From NCBI GenBank assembly GCA_950097015.1, contig CATNEN010000005.1, positions 1,736,001 through 1,800,000 on the forward strand: a DNA stretch of 64,000 bases, given 5' to 3'. Positions within the stretch are counted from its first letter, which is position 1, and each line of letters opens with the position of its first letter. Both the position numbers and the translations under genes were made by a program. A model generated the notes under the pieces. That model was given only the letters and a program-made list of their open reading frames with translations. It ran no database searches and was not told where the DNA came from. Below are positions 12,201 through 24,118 of the stretch, piece by piece. This DNA comes from Macrostomum hystrix (lineage: Eukaryota; Animalia; Platyhelminthes).

Positions 12201-15200
12201 ATTCAATTAAAGGGACTGGGATTCAATTAAAGGGATTGGGATTCAATTAAAGGGATTGGGATTCAATTAAAGGGACTGGGATTCAATTAAAGGGATTCTG
12301 ATTCAATTAAAGGGATTGGGATTCAATTAAAGGGATTGGGATTCAATTAAAGGGATTGGGATTCAATTAAAGGGATTGGGATTCAATTAAAGGGATTGGG
12401 ATTCAATTAAAGGGATTGGGATTCAATTAAAGGGATTCTGATTCAATTAAAGGGATTGGGATTCAATTAAAGGGATTGGGATTCAATTAAAGGGATTGGG
12501 ATTCAATTAAAGGGATTGGGATTCAATTAAAGGGATTGGGATTCAATTAAAGGGATTGGGATTCAATTAAAGGGATTGGGATTCAATTAAAGGGATTGGG
12601 ATTCAATTAAAGGGATTGGGATTCAATTAAAGGGATTGGGATTCAATTAAAGGGATTGGGATTCAATGGAAGGGATTGGGATTCAATCGAACGGATTGGG
12701 ATTCAATTGGGATTGGGATTAGGATTGGAATTTCTTTAATGGGATTGGCATTCTATTAAAATGATTGGTATTTAATATTAGAGTGATTGGGATTACTTTA
12801 GATAAATTTGGATTCAGTTTAAGGGATTAGGATTCGAGTTTCAGGATTTAGATTTGATTTTAGGGATTAGGATTATATTGAAAATCACAATTTTATGTAA
12901 GGATTTGTACTTCATTTTCGGTTTTCTACTTAACTTACTTTAATGCTATACTTTTTCATGACAGTCACAAACTATTTGACAATTTCGAATACCAGTTTGA
13001 GCACAGTATTTGAGCGCACGCCAATCGCATTACGCAGGTTGGCAGCCTAGAAATTGTCGACCTGCTGCTAGAGCGGGGCGCCAATCCTTTGGCTCGCATG
13101 GTCACCGGGGATCGAGCCGGCATCCTTCCAGTCCACCTGGCCTCCGAAACTGGCCACCTGGACGTCATCAAACGCTTCCTGGACATTGGCGTTGATGTCA
13201 ACGCTCAGGAGGACTGCGGCCTGACCTGCCTGCACTACGCGGCCAACGGTGGCAAGGCGGACATCATCAGGCTGCTGTTGGAGCGCGGCGCCAGGGTTGA
13301 TCTGAAAGCTGCCTACGATGACGGTGAGGCCTCGATGGTGGGACAGAGGTAGAATGATGAAGATTGTGAGAACTAGAGAAGGTAGATTTTGAGAATTAGA
13401 GTATGAAGATTATGATAAATAGATAATTTGAAGTAGATTGAGTAGAGTGAGAGAAGCAGATTGGGCAGATTGGGAGAAGTAGATTGGGTAGATTGGGAGA
13501 GGTAGATTGGGTAGATTGGGAGAGGTAGATTGGGCAGATTGAGAGAAGTAGATTGGTTAGATTGTAAGATTGTAAGTTAAGCGGTAGATAAAAAAATTAT
13601 CAAGGGATTAGGAGGCCGAGTTGTTAATGTATTAAGAAGCCGAGCTGTTAAGGGATTATGAAGCTGAGCTGTTAAGGGATTAAGAGGACGATTTATTAAG
13701 GGGTTAAAAGGTCGAGTTAAGGAAATAAGAGGCCGAGATGTTATTGGAATATGAGGACGAATTGTTAAGGGATTAAGAGGCTCAGTTTTTATTTGATTAA
13801 GCGGTCGATTTGTTAAGGGATTATGTGGCCGAGTTGTTAAGAGATTAAGAGGCCGAGTTGTTAAAAAGGATTAAGAGGCCGAGTTGTTAAGGGATTAAGA
13901 GGCCGAGTTGTTAAGGGATTAAGAGGCCGAGTTGTTAAAAAGGATTAAGAGGCCGATTTGTTAAAAGGGATTAAGAGGCCGAGTTGTTAAAAAAGGATTA
14001 AGAGGCCGAGTTGTTAAAAAGGATTAAGAGGCCGGGTTGTTAAAAAGGATTAAGAGGCCGAGTTGTTAAGGGATTAAGAGGCCAAGTTATTAAGGGATTA
14101 AGAGGCCGAGTTGTTAAGGGATTAAGAGGCCGAGTTGTTAAGGGATTAAGAGGCCGAGTTATGAGGGGATTTAGGCATCAAGCAACTAAATGAATAATTT
14201 CGCCTACGACGACGACAGGCAATCGAGTCGACGTGCTGCCCCTGCACATGGCCTGCGAGAAGGGTCACGCCGAATGCGCCCGCCTCCTAGTTGAAGCCGG
14301 CAGTCCGCTGGACGCCACCCTGTTTCGCAATCGCCGGGGCAGCATCACGCCTCTGTACTTGGCCGTAGCCGAGAACAATCCCGAGGTGGTGTCGGTCTTG
14401 TTGGCGGCCGGAGCCGACGTCAACATTCAGGACGGCATCGGCGCCGCGCCGTTGCATATCGCCTGTCAGAGAGGCTATCATGACATCTTCTGCCAGCTGC
14501 TGAGTCATCCGGGAGTCGATATCAACATCGGCACATTCAACTGCGTTACGCCCATTCACATTGTGTCCGAGAAGGGCCATTTCGATATGGCCATGTGGCT
14601 CATTGCGCGCGGTGTTCACGTTAATCCTCTGTGCCGAATCAAAGACGTTCACTCCGGCCAAATGTCCGAGGACATTATTCCCCTGAATCAGGCTTGCGGC
14701 TTTGGACACCTGCAGATTGTCCGGCTGCTGCTTCAGGTGAGTGACAGGCTCTTGTATCGAGAGTGACAGGCTCTTGTTTCCAGAGTGATGGGCTCTGTTT
14801 GGAAGAGTCAAGGCTCTGTTTTTAAGAGTGACAGGCTCTGTTTGAAGAAGTCATAGGCTCTGTTTTTAAGAGAGACAAGCTCTGTTCAAGGAGACAGGCT
14901 CTTATGGGAGAGTGACAGGCTGCGATTAGAGTGACAGGCTGTGATTGGAGTGACAGGCTGTGATTAGAGTGACAGGCTGTGATTAGCGTGGCACACTGTG
15001 ATTCGAGTGACAGACTGTGATTGGAGTGACAGGCTGTGATTAGAGTGACAGGCTGTGATTAGCGTGGTACACTGTGATTCGAGTGACAGGCTGTGATTGA
15101 GTGACAGGCTTTGATTGAGTGACAGGCTGTGATTAGAGTGACAGGCTGTGATTAGAGTGACACACTGTGATTCGAGTGACAGGCTGTGATTGAGTGACAG

Positions 15201-17682
15201 GCTGTGATTGAGTGACAGGCTGTGTTTAGAGTTACAGGCTGTGTTTAGAGTGACACACTGTGATTCGAGTGACAGGCTGTGATTGAGTGACAGGCTGTGT
15301 TTAGAGTGACAGGCTGTGATTGAGTGACAGGCTGTGATTGAGTGACAGGCTGTGTTTAGAGTTACAGGCTGTGTTTAGAGTGACACACTGTGATTCGAGT
15401 GACAGGCTGTGATTGAGTGACAGGCTGTGTTTAGAGTGACAGGCTGTGTTTAGAGTGACAGGCTGTGATTGAGTGACAGGCTGTGATTGAGTGACAGGCT
15501 GTGATTGAGTGACAGGCTGTGATTAGAGTGACAGGCTGTGATTGAGTGACAGGCTGTGTTTAGAGTGACAGGCTGTGATTAGAGTGACAGGCTGTGATTG
15601 AGTGACAGGCTGTGATTAGAGTGACAGGCTGTGATTAGAGTGACAGGCTGTGTTTAGAGTGGCAGGCTGTGATTAGAGTGACAGGCTGTGATTGAGTGAC
15701 AGGCTGTGATTGAGTGACAGGCTGTGTTTAGAGTGACAGGCTGTGATTAGAGTGACAGGCTGTGATTGAGTGACAGGCTGTGATTAGAGTGACAGGCTGT
15801 GATTAGAGTGACAGGCTGTGTTTAGAGTGACAGGCTGTGATTAGAGTGACAGGCTGTGATTAGAGTGACAGGCTGTGATTAGAGTGACAGGCTGTGATTG
15901 AGTGACAGGCTGTGATTAGCGTGACATGCCGTGTTTAGCGTGACATGGTCCTCTGCATCACAACACTCGCAAATTGCAGAGTGGAGCGGACGTTCATCAC
16001 GGTGAGAATTTCGAAGGTCGCCGAGGCATCACCAGCATTCACTGCGCCGCCATCCGTGGCCGGCATCACGTGGTGCCGTTATTAAAAGAATTTGGCGCCG
16101 ATTTGAATGCCCGCGACGAGCTCGGCTGGTGCCCGCTGCACTGGGCTGTACACGAGAGATTCTATGACACTGTCCTGCTGCTGCTGCAGAATGGCGCTGA
16201 TCCCAGTCTTGTCAATCAGGTCTGTGCAGCCCTAGATGACATCTCACCCCAGTTTCTATCAAATCTCACCCCAGTTTCTCTCTAATCTCACCCCACTTTC
16301 TATCAAATCTCACCCCAGTTTCTCTCTAATCTCACCCCACTTTCTATCAAATCTCACCCCAGTTTCTCTCTAATCTCACCCCAGTTTCTATCTAATCTCA
16401 CTCCAGTTTCTATCTAATCTCACCCCAACTTTTATCTAATCTCACCCCAGTTTTTATCTAATCTCACCCCAGTTTCTAAATAATCTCACCCCAGTTTCTT
16501 TCTAATCTCACCCCTGTTTGTCTTATCTCACCCCAGTTTCTATTTAATCTAACTCCAGTTTTTATCTAATCTCACCCCAGTTTCTATCAAATCTCACTCC
16601 AGTTTCTATCTAATCTCACTCCAGTTTTTATCTAATCTCACCCCAGTTTTTATCTAATCTCACCCCAGTTTCTAAATAATCTCACCCCAGTTTCTTTCTA
16701 ATCTCACCCCTGTTTGTCTTATCTCACCCCAGTTTCTATCTAATCTCACTCCAGTTTCTATTTAATCTCACTCTAGTTTCTATCTAATCGCACCCCAGTT
16801 TTTATCTAATCTGACCCCAGTTTTTATCTAATCGGACCCCAGTTTCTAAATAATCTCACCCCAGTTTCTATCTAATCTCACCCCAGTTTTTATCTAATCT
16901 GACCCCAGTTTCTATCTAATCTCACCCCAGTTTTTATCTAATCTGACCCCAGTTTTTATCTAATCTCACCCCAGTTTTTATCTAATCTGACCCCAGTTTC
17001 TATCTAATTTCACCCCAGTTTCTATCTAATCTCACCCCAGTTTCTATCTAATCTCACCCCAGTTTCTATCTAATCTCACCCCAGTTTTTATCTAATCTCA
17101 CTCCAGTTTTTATCTAATCTCACTCCAGTTTCCATCGAATCTCACCCCAGTTTCTATCTAATCTCACCCTAGTTTCTATCTAATTTCACCCCAGTTTCAT
17201 CTAATCTCACCCCACTTTTTATCTAATCTCACCCCAGTTTCTATATAATCTCTGATCAAAGTGGATTAAGTAGTGAAACGGGTCAACTCTTGCACTAAAC
17301 CTTTAGCCAGATTCCACGGCGATGCCACATTAATTTGGGGTGCAGCCGCGGAGAGAAGGCTTGGGGGCTTGTCGTGCAATTTACGCCATTGAGGGCCAAC
17401 CTTCAACGCACAGTGAAAGTGTAAACTGGCTGACGATGAGAAAGTCAGGGCAGATGTACACACCAGTGTGAGCGTGTGCCTGCGTTCGGTATCTGTGTGC
17501 TCAGGAGTCAGCGAAATGGGCAGAATCGCCTCCTATTGCTCACAGCCCACTATTATTGCTATGATTCCCATTCGCAGGCGGGTCAGAAACCAATTGAGTT
17601 CGCTACAACCAACGACATCACCTCTGTTCTGGAGAGATTTGAAGCTCAGCTAGCTAGCAGCAATGACAGCGAAATGTCATGA
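3227..17682 (+). CDS. Large ankyrin-repeat protein (~1256 aa, ~31 ANK repeats), 11 coding exons
   Basis: Exons 3227-3688, 3971-4237, 5513-6179, 7999-8115, 8478-8797, 9647-9960, 11554-12028 (alternative acceptor 11515), 13038-13323, 14219-14736, 15980-16219, 17578-17682. All introns are GT..AG with matching phases; the exons sum to 3771 nt. Recurrent TPLH-x-A...G...LL..GA.VN motifs (GNTPLHYAA, LTPLHYAASWGH, ETPLHFA, WCPLHWAV). Confidence 0.88.
3711..3938 (+). other. Structured intronic element, copy 1 (candidate ncRNA or introner-like repeat)
   Basis: Homologous to 17310-17547; similarity stops just after CACAGCC, ~35 nt before the 3' splice site. Confidence 0.5.
4318..5415. repeat. 22-23-bp minisatellite (accagacaactaatgaccccctt) in ankyrin intron 2
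   Basis: Tandem array read directly. Confidence 0.92.
6207..7905. repeat. 45-bp minisatellite (gtgtcagctgatgtgctgaagaatcggagggtttttggtgtgggg) in ankyrin intron 3
   Basis: Tandem array; it produces the spurious VSADVLKNRRVFGVG ORFs. Confidence 0.93.
9000..9540. repeat. 17-bp minisatellite (ctagctcgcatatacta) in ankyrin intron 5, interrupted by a ~90-bp insert
   Basis: Tandem array with a GC-rich insert at ~9184-9270. Confidence 0.88.
10070..11460. repeat. 30-bp minisatellite (gagtgaaactatgcactagagtgaccaaat) in ankyrin intron 6
   Basis: Tandem array; source of the 477-aa HSFTHLVTLV ORF. Confidence 0.93.
12190..12700. repeat. 20-bp minisatellite (gggattgggattcaattaaa) in ankyrin intron 7
   Basis: Tandem array read directly. 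Confidence 0.92.
13600..14165. repeat. ~24-27-bp minisatellite (ttgttaagggattaagaggccgag) in ankyrin intron 8
   Basis: Tandem array, degenerate at its 5' end. Confidence 0.85.
14740..15945. repeat. 18-19-bp minisatellite (gagtgacaggctgtgatt[a]) in ankyrin intron 9
   Basis: Tandem array starting at the splice donor. Confidence 0.92.
16240..17250. repeat. 22-bp minisatellite (tctaatctcaccccagtttcta) in ankyrin intron 10
   Basis: Tandem array read directly. Confidence 0.92.
17310..17547 (+). other. Structured intronic element, copy 2
   Basis: Homologous to 3711-3938; ACA at 17542-17544, 33 nt before the 3' splice site. Confidence 0.5.
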
Positions 17683-18040
17683 GTATTCGGACTCAATCAT
17701 TGTTAGAATTCGACGACCAGAAACAGAATGGCTTCAAATCAACAGGAAATGCATTAATTAAACATTTTAACGAAATAAAATCTATGTAAGCTACGGAGAA
17801 AAAGCTACTATGAGAATCAGCTCAAATTGTGCCTTTTTACTGCTTATTGTGCGCGCGTTTTCTGTCAATGACACTTTTTGTCGCTATATATAAAAATGCC
17901 GTTTTCTCCTAACTTCGCCAGTAGTAAGTAGCGATTTTTTTGTTTCTCTGTTTTTAGAAAATTAGAGTGTTTAGATAGAATAGCCTGCTTTATATTGATC
18001 AATTATTGTAGATTTTCTTTGTAAATTTGTTCTCCTAAGC

Positions 18041-18729
18041 CAGGGGTCGGCAAACTCCGGCCCGCGGGCCAGATGCGGCCCTCGAAGCTCCCAAATCCGG
18101 CCCGTTGCCCCTTCTGACATCTACAGTGTCCTGTTTCATCTCTCTCGTGTCTAATCTCTCCCGTGTCTCATCGCTCTCGTATCTAATCTCTCCCGTGTCT
18201 CATCTCTCCCGTGTCTAATCTCTTCTCTATCTCATCTCTCCCGTGTCTCATCTCTCCCGTCTCATCTCTCCCGTGTCTCATCTCTCTCGTGTCTCATCTC
18301 TCCCGTGTCTAATCTCTCCCGTGTCTCATCTCTCTCGTGTCTCATCTCTCCCGTGTCTAATCTCTCCCGTGTCTCATCTCTCTCGTGTCTCATCTCTCCC
18401 GTGTCTCATCTCTCCCGTGTCTCATCTCTCTCGTGTCTCATCTCTCCCGTGTCTCATCTCTCTCGTGTCTCATCTCTCCCGTGTCTCATCTCTCTCGTGT
18501 CTCATCTCTCCCGTGTCTAATCTCTCCCGTGTCTCATCTCTCTCGTGTCTCATCTCTCCCGTGTCTAATCTCTCCCGTGTCTCATCTCTCTCGTATCCCA
18601 TCTTTCCTGTGTCTCATCTCTCCCGTGTCTCATCTCTCCCCTATCTCATATTTATACAGTCAATGCGGCCCGCTGTCGTCTTTTAGGCTCTCTCTTTGGC
18701 CCGCCAGCAAATAAGTTTGCCTACCCCTG
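18041..18729. mobile_element. hAT-type MITE containing an internal 16-bp minisatellite
   Basis: TIRs caggggtcggcaaact / agtttgcctacccctg (15/16 match); perfect 8-bp TSD tcctaagc at 18033-18040 and 18730-18737; internal array (c/t)cgtgtctcatctctc at ~18130-18650. Confidence 0.88.
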
Positions 18730-20274
18730 TCCTAAGCGCTTATACAACATATATAATATTGATCAGTTAAGAAAAATCAAACACTGTGATATGTTCTGTC
18801 TATTCGACTAAAACTATGCTTATAGTTTTTTTAACAAGAACTACTAAATTCTCAGTAGATTATTGTGTCTAACAATTGCTTTGATCTTGGATCTACGTAT
18901 CTTATCAGGTCATATATATATATATATATATTCTATTCTATCCCTGCTTATAAACCCTTAATTGGCTTATTGTTATAATGAAGATGTCTTCTATATTGTT
19001 ATGCAACACAATTGTTACACAAATTTGAGCGTGATTTCTGAACGAAATGAAAGTTGATTATCTGTGATTCTTATCTCTATGATTGATTACAAAATCTTTT
19101 ATTATAAACTTATCTATAACCATTCTCTTCGCTTTTTTCTCTGTCTGTCTCACTGTTTTTGTTTGTTTTAACTAGTATATACACACACACTACTGATGCT
19201 GTCTCCAAGTAGTAGTATGCAACTACTTGCTACCTACTAATATAATAAAATAAGCGGTTTGTGTTACTAAAAAATCAATGATTGATTTGATCGAAAATTT
19301 CTAAATTGTTTCTCTATTCAGTACCTCATTTTTTCTCTCTGTGCGTTATCTCTTCACAACTGTAATTTTAGTATGGCGTGTTTTAATATGATTGTCTGCA
19401 TGATAATAATATAAGTAATGGTGATTCTCATTTCTCTCTCTCGCTTTTGTTGTACTCGTAGCTGACTATTTGATTGCTTTTAGTGTTTTCTAGATTTGCT
19501 GTTTTTAGCGTCGTTTTTTGCTTTTGATTTCATTTTTAGCTAGCCATTTACTATGCACCCTACTATTCTAAGATTAAGGATAAGTAGTGTTTTTAAATAA
19601 TTGTTTGTTACTATTTCTTAGTGGGTTCTAGAATGTAGGATGGAAGCCAGTAGTTTTAACAAACAGTTTTTACCTATATTCTCTTACTGTAGGACTGTAA
19701 GACAATTAGGCTACCTGAAAATGTGTTAAACTGCTTCTGTCGTAGTTTTTAATTTGACTTTTTTAACCAGTTTTTTCTTGATTTCTTACTTTTTATCTTT
19801 GTTCAGCCAACTGAAACTATGTAACATATAAGTACTTGTAACATTAACTTAACTGGTCAATTCTTGCTATGTTATTTGGTTTGTGATAAGACAAACATTT
19901 TTAGTTGTATTGTTAACTTTTAACAAGTTGTTGGGGCATAAATTGTACACATGCCTAAGCGTATACAACTAAGTAAATTAAAAAATACATTTAAATATGG
20001 AAATCAAACTCAAACATAATGCTATTGTGTGCAGCGCGAGCAGCAAATCTATTTGAACATTAATTTTGTTTTAATGCTTCTAGTTAGGTGCGTTTTACTA
20101 TTTGGTAACGCAACCTGATCCTGAAGGAAATATCCAGATGATGACGGCTGTTCAGTCCATGGACTGGGGAGACGCCACACCCACCCACACAGCTGATGCT
20201 GGTACTTATTTAACTGGTGCATGAAATGAAACAATGCAGAGTTAAGTGTATTGCTAGATTAGAGGAATTGTTCC

Positions 20275-20346
20275 AATGGAGCCGGGAATCGAACCCCCTA
20301 CCTTTAAGTCGTGATTCCCAAGCTCTAATCACTAGGCTACAAGCCG
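20275..20346 (-). pseudogene. tRNA-derived sequence (SINE head or tRNA pseudogene)
   Basis: Minus strand ggcttgtagcctagtgattagagc...ggggttcgattcccggctcca has an A-box-like and a B-box (GGTTCGATTCC) motif at tRNA spacing, but acceptor and T stems pair poorly. Confidence 0.55.
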
Positions 20347-20359
20347 TTTAGAAAGTTAA

Positions 20360-23020
20360 TTTTCCCAACAGCCCCTGATCCTTCAGGTGACTATTTACCA
20401 ACAGCCCCTGATCCTTTAGGTAACCATTTCCCAACAGCCCCTGATCCTTCAGGTGACCATTTCCCAACAGCCCCTGATCCTTCAGGTGACCATTTCCGAA
20501 CAGCCCCTGATCCTTCAGGTGGTGCTTTCCCTACAGCCCCTGATCCTTCAGGTGACCATTTCCCTACAGCCCCTGATCCTTCAGGTGACCATTTCCCAAC
20601 AGCCCCTGATCCTTCAGGTGACCATTTCCGAACAGCCCCTGATCCTTCAGGTGGTGCTTTCCCTACAGCCCCTGATCCTTCAGGTGACCATTTCCCAACA
20701 GCCCCTGATCTTTCAGGTGACCATTTCCGAACAGCCCCTGATCCTTCAGGTGGTGCTTTCCCTACAGCCCCTGATCCTTCAGGTGACCATTTCCCAACAG
20801 CCCCTGATCCTTCAGGTGACCATTTCCGAACAGCCCCTGATCCTTCAGGTGACCATTTCCCAACAGCCCCTGATCCTTCAAGTGGTGCTTTCCCAACAGC
20901 CCCTGATCCTTCAGGTGACCATTTCCCAACAACCCCTGATCCTTTAGGTAACCATTTCCCAACAGCCCCTTATCCTTCAGGTGGTGCTTTCCCAACAGCC
21001 CCTGATCCTTCAGGTGACCATTTCCCAACAGCCCCTGATCCTTCAGGTGACCATTTCCCAACAGCCCCTGATCCTTCAGGTGACCATTTCCCAACAGCCC
21101 CTGATCCTTCAGGTGACTATTTACCAACAGCCCCTGATCCTTCAGGTAACCATTTCCCAACAGCCCCTTATCCTTCAGGTGGTGCTTTCCCAACAGCCCC
21201 TGATCCTTCAGGTGACCATTTCCCAACAGCCCCTGATCCTTCAGGTGACTATTTACCAACAGCCCCTGATCCTTCAGGTAACCATTTCCCAACAGCCCCT
21301 GATCCTTCAAGTGGTGCTTTCCCAACAGCCCCTGATCCTTCAGGTGACCATTTCCCAACAACCCCTGATCCTTTAGGTAACCATTTCCCAACAGCCCCTT
21401 ATCCTTCAGGTGGTGCTTTCCCAACAGCCCCTGATCCTTCAGGTGACCATTTCCCAACAGCCCCTGATCCTTCAGGTGACCATTTCCGAACAGCCCCTGA
21501 TCCTTCAGGTGGTGCTTTCCCAACAGCCCCTGATCCTTCAGGTGACCATTTCCCAACAGCCCCTGATCCTTCAGGTGACCATTTCCCAACAACCCCTGAT
21601 CCTTTAGGTAACCATTTCCCAACAGCCCCTTATCCTTCAGGTGGTGCTTTCCCAACAGCCCCTGATCCTTCAGGTGACCATTTCCGAACAGCCCCTGATC
21701 CTTCAGGTGGTGCTTTCCCTACAGCCCCTGATCCTTCAGGTGACCATTTCCCAACAGCCCCTGATCCTTCAGGTGACCATTTCCGAACAGCCCCTGATCC
21801 TTCAGGTGGTGCTTTCCCAACAGCCCCTGATCCTTCAGGTGATCATTTCCGAACAGCCCCTGATCCTTCAGGTGACCATTTCCCAACAGCCCCTGATCCT
21901 TCAGGTGACTATTTACCAACAGCCCCTGATCCTTCAGGTAACCATTTCCCAACAGCCCCTGATCCTTCAGGTGACCATTTCCCAACAGCCCCTGATCCTT
22001 CAGGTGACCATTTCCCAACAGCCCCTGATCCTTCAGGTGACCATTTCCCAACAGCCCCTGATCCTTCAGGTGACCATTTCCCAACAGCCCCTGATCCTTC
22101 AGGTGACCATTTCCCAACAGCCCCTGATCTTTCAGGTGACCATTTCCCAACAGCCCCTGATCCTTCAGGTGACCATTTCCCAACAGCCCCTGATCCTTCA
22201 GGTGACCATTTCCCAACAGCCCCTGATCCTTCAGGTGACCATTTCCCAACAGCCCCTGATCCTTCAGGTGACCACTTCCCAACAGCCCCTGATCCTTCAG
22301 GTGACCATTTCCCAACAGCCCCTGATCTTTCAGGTGACCATTTCCCAACAGCCCCTGATCCTTCAGGTGACCATTTCCCAACAGCCCCTGATCCTTCAGG
22401 TGACCACTTCCCAACAGCCCCTGATCCTTCAGGTGACCATTTCCCAACAGCCCCTGATCTTTCAGGTGACCATTTCCCAACAGCCCCTGATCTTTCAGGT
22501 GACCACTTCCCAACAGCCCCTGATCCTTCAGGTGACCATTTCCCAACAGCCCCTGATCTTTCAGGTGACCATTTCCCAACAGCCCCTGATCCTTCAGGTG
22601 ACCATTTCCCAACAGCCCCTGATCCTTCAGGTGACCATTTCCCAACAGCCCCTGATCCTTCAGGTGACCACTTCCCAACAGCCCCTGATCCTTCAGGTGA
22701 CCATTTCCCAACAGCCCCTGATCTTTCAGGTGACCATTTCCCAACAGCCCCTGATCTTTCAGGTGACCATTTCCCAACAGCCCCTGATCCTTCAGGTGAC
22801 CATTTCCCAACAGCCCCTGATCCTTCAGGTGACCATTTCCCAACAGCCCCTGATCCTTCAGGTGACCATTTCCCAACAGCCCCTGATCCTTCAGGTGACC
22901 ACTTCCCAACAGCCCCTGATCCTTCAGGTGACCATTTCCCAACAGCCCCTGATCTTTCAGGTGACCATTTCCCAACAGCCCCTGATCTTTCAGGTGACTA
23001 TTTACCAGCAGCGACTGATC
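20360..23020. repeat. 33-bp minisatellite (gtgaccatttcccaacagcccctgatccttcag), ~80 copies
   Basis: Tandem array; source of the VTISQQPLILQ and GNGHLKDQGLL ORFs. The 5' and 3' halves carry different variant units. Confidence 0.95.
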
Positions 23021-24112
23021 CTTTAATGTTGTTTTAATCCTTTTATCTCTCTGTTAAATGTATATTTTAATTGTTTTTTTCCGAAGCCACCAATTTGCTG
23101 AGTTGGGTACTCGTGAACTATAAATCGATTCCAAAATCGGCTCACGAAAAAAATATGATTTTAGATATTTTGTCATAATGAATTGCTGTTTAGGATTCAG
23201 GTATAGATAACTGCTTTCAGTTAGGAGCCTTGTCCCATTCAACCGCCTATACAAACGCACACACACACACACACGCGCACACACCAGATCTCAGATGACA
23301 GCAGATATGGCGATTCCAACTATAGAATTAATGAGTTTTAGTTGATCATTTTTTTATTTTGAATTGGCACCAGTTGCGTGTTGACTCGGTACCTGCAGCT
23401 ATCCAATGGCTCAGTCATTGCCTTGTTGGCAATTTATTCAATTAATCAGCCAAAACTGAACAAATGCTTGAAGATGGATGACAGCCACCAGTGCTGAGTC
23501 TGACTAAAATGACTATAATAAGATAGAGAGCGAGAGACAATGACTGCTGGTTATAAACCCAGTCGAGATGAGCTTCCCGCTTGGGATAACCATTGTGCAA
23601 CCATCGCGGTTATAACGAAGCGACGTTTTGGCTCTGAAATCCTAAAATATAGTTCTACAGTTGCCATTTAGTTTATTGTGTTTTTCTTTCCTCCCAGCTC
23701 TTCAGATAAGGGTGGCATTCTGTTGGAAATTTAGCCAAATATAAGCGACTCGTGTCATAGTGGGTGGTTCTTTATTTTTGTTGGAGCTTGAGTTGGTTGC
23801 TCTGTGGCGGGGTGGGTCGTATTAGCGACTGGCCAACGATTGGTGCTTGGATTCAGACGGATTTAAACAAAATGGGATTATATTTGGGGAGTAGGAGGGG
23901 GACAGATCTCCTGGCTCAAACGGTGAAATGAGGCTTCTCGGGGTTGTGGCGATAATGTTTTTGTTGCTAAGCGCGCCAGAACCATTAACTAAACGCGCCG
24001 CAATGGGGGCTGACGATGACGAGGGTAGCTGAGGAAAGAATTGACTTGAGGGATTCTGCCAGCCAACCAACTGCAGCCTCCAAAACGCCACCTACCCACC
24101 GACACAGGCCCC

Positions 24113-24118
24113 TATAAA
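24113..24118 (+). promoter_or_regulatory. Candidate TATA box of the neuropeptide-precursor gene
   Basis: TATAAA upstream of a putative 5'UTR exon that ends at a gg|gtaagt donor (~24300); acceptor cacacccag| at 24462 precedes the ATG at 24488. Confidence 0.35.

Noticed and set aside
17429-17530. Hammerhead (ctgacga-tga-gaaa) or HDV-like ribozyme inside the duplicated intronic element
   Set aside because: No stem II, no pairable stem III or NUH site, C3 is missing in copy 1, and the HDV P3/L3 cannot be formed.
20275-20346. Functional tRNA gene
   Set aside because: A and B boxes are present but the cloverleaf stems pair poorly; kept only as tRNA-derived sequence.
20453-23026. Long ORFs on both strands (VTISQQPLILQ, GNGHLKDQGLL)
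   Set aside because: The 33-bp unit is a multiple of three and lacks stops in some frames; no unique flanking coding sequence.
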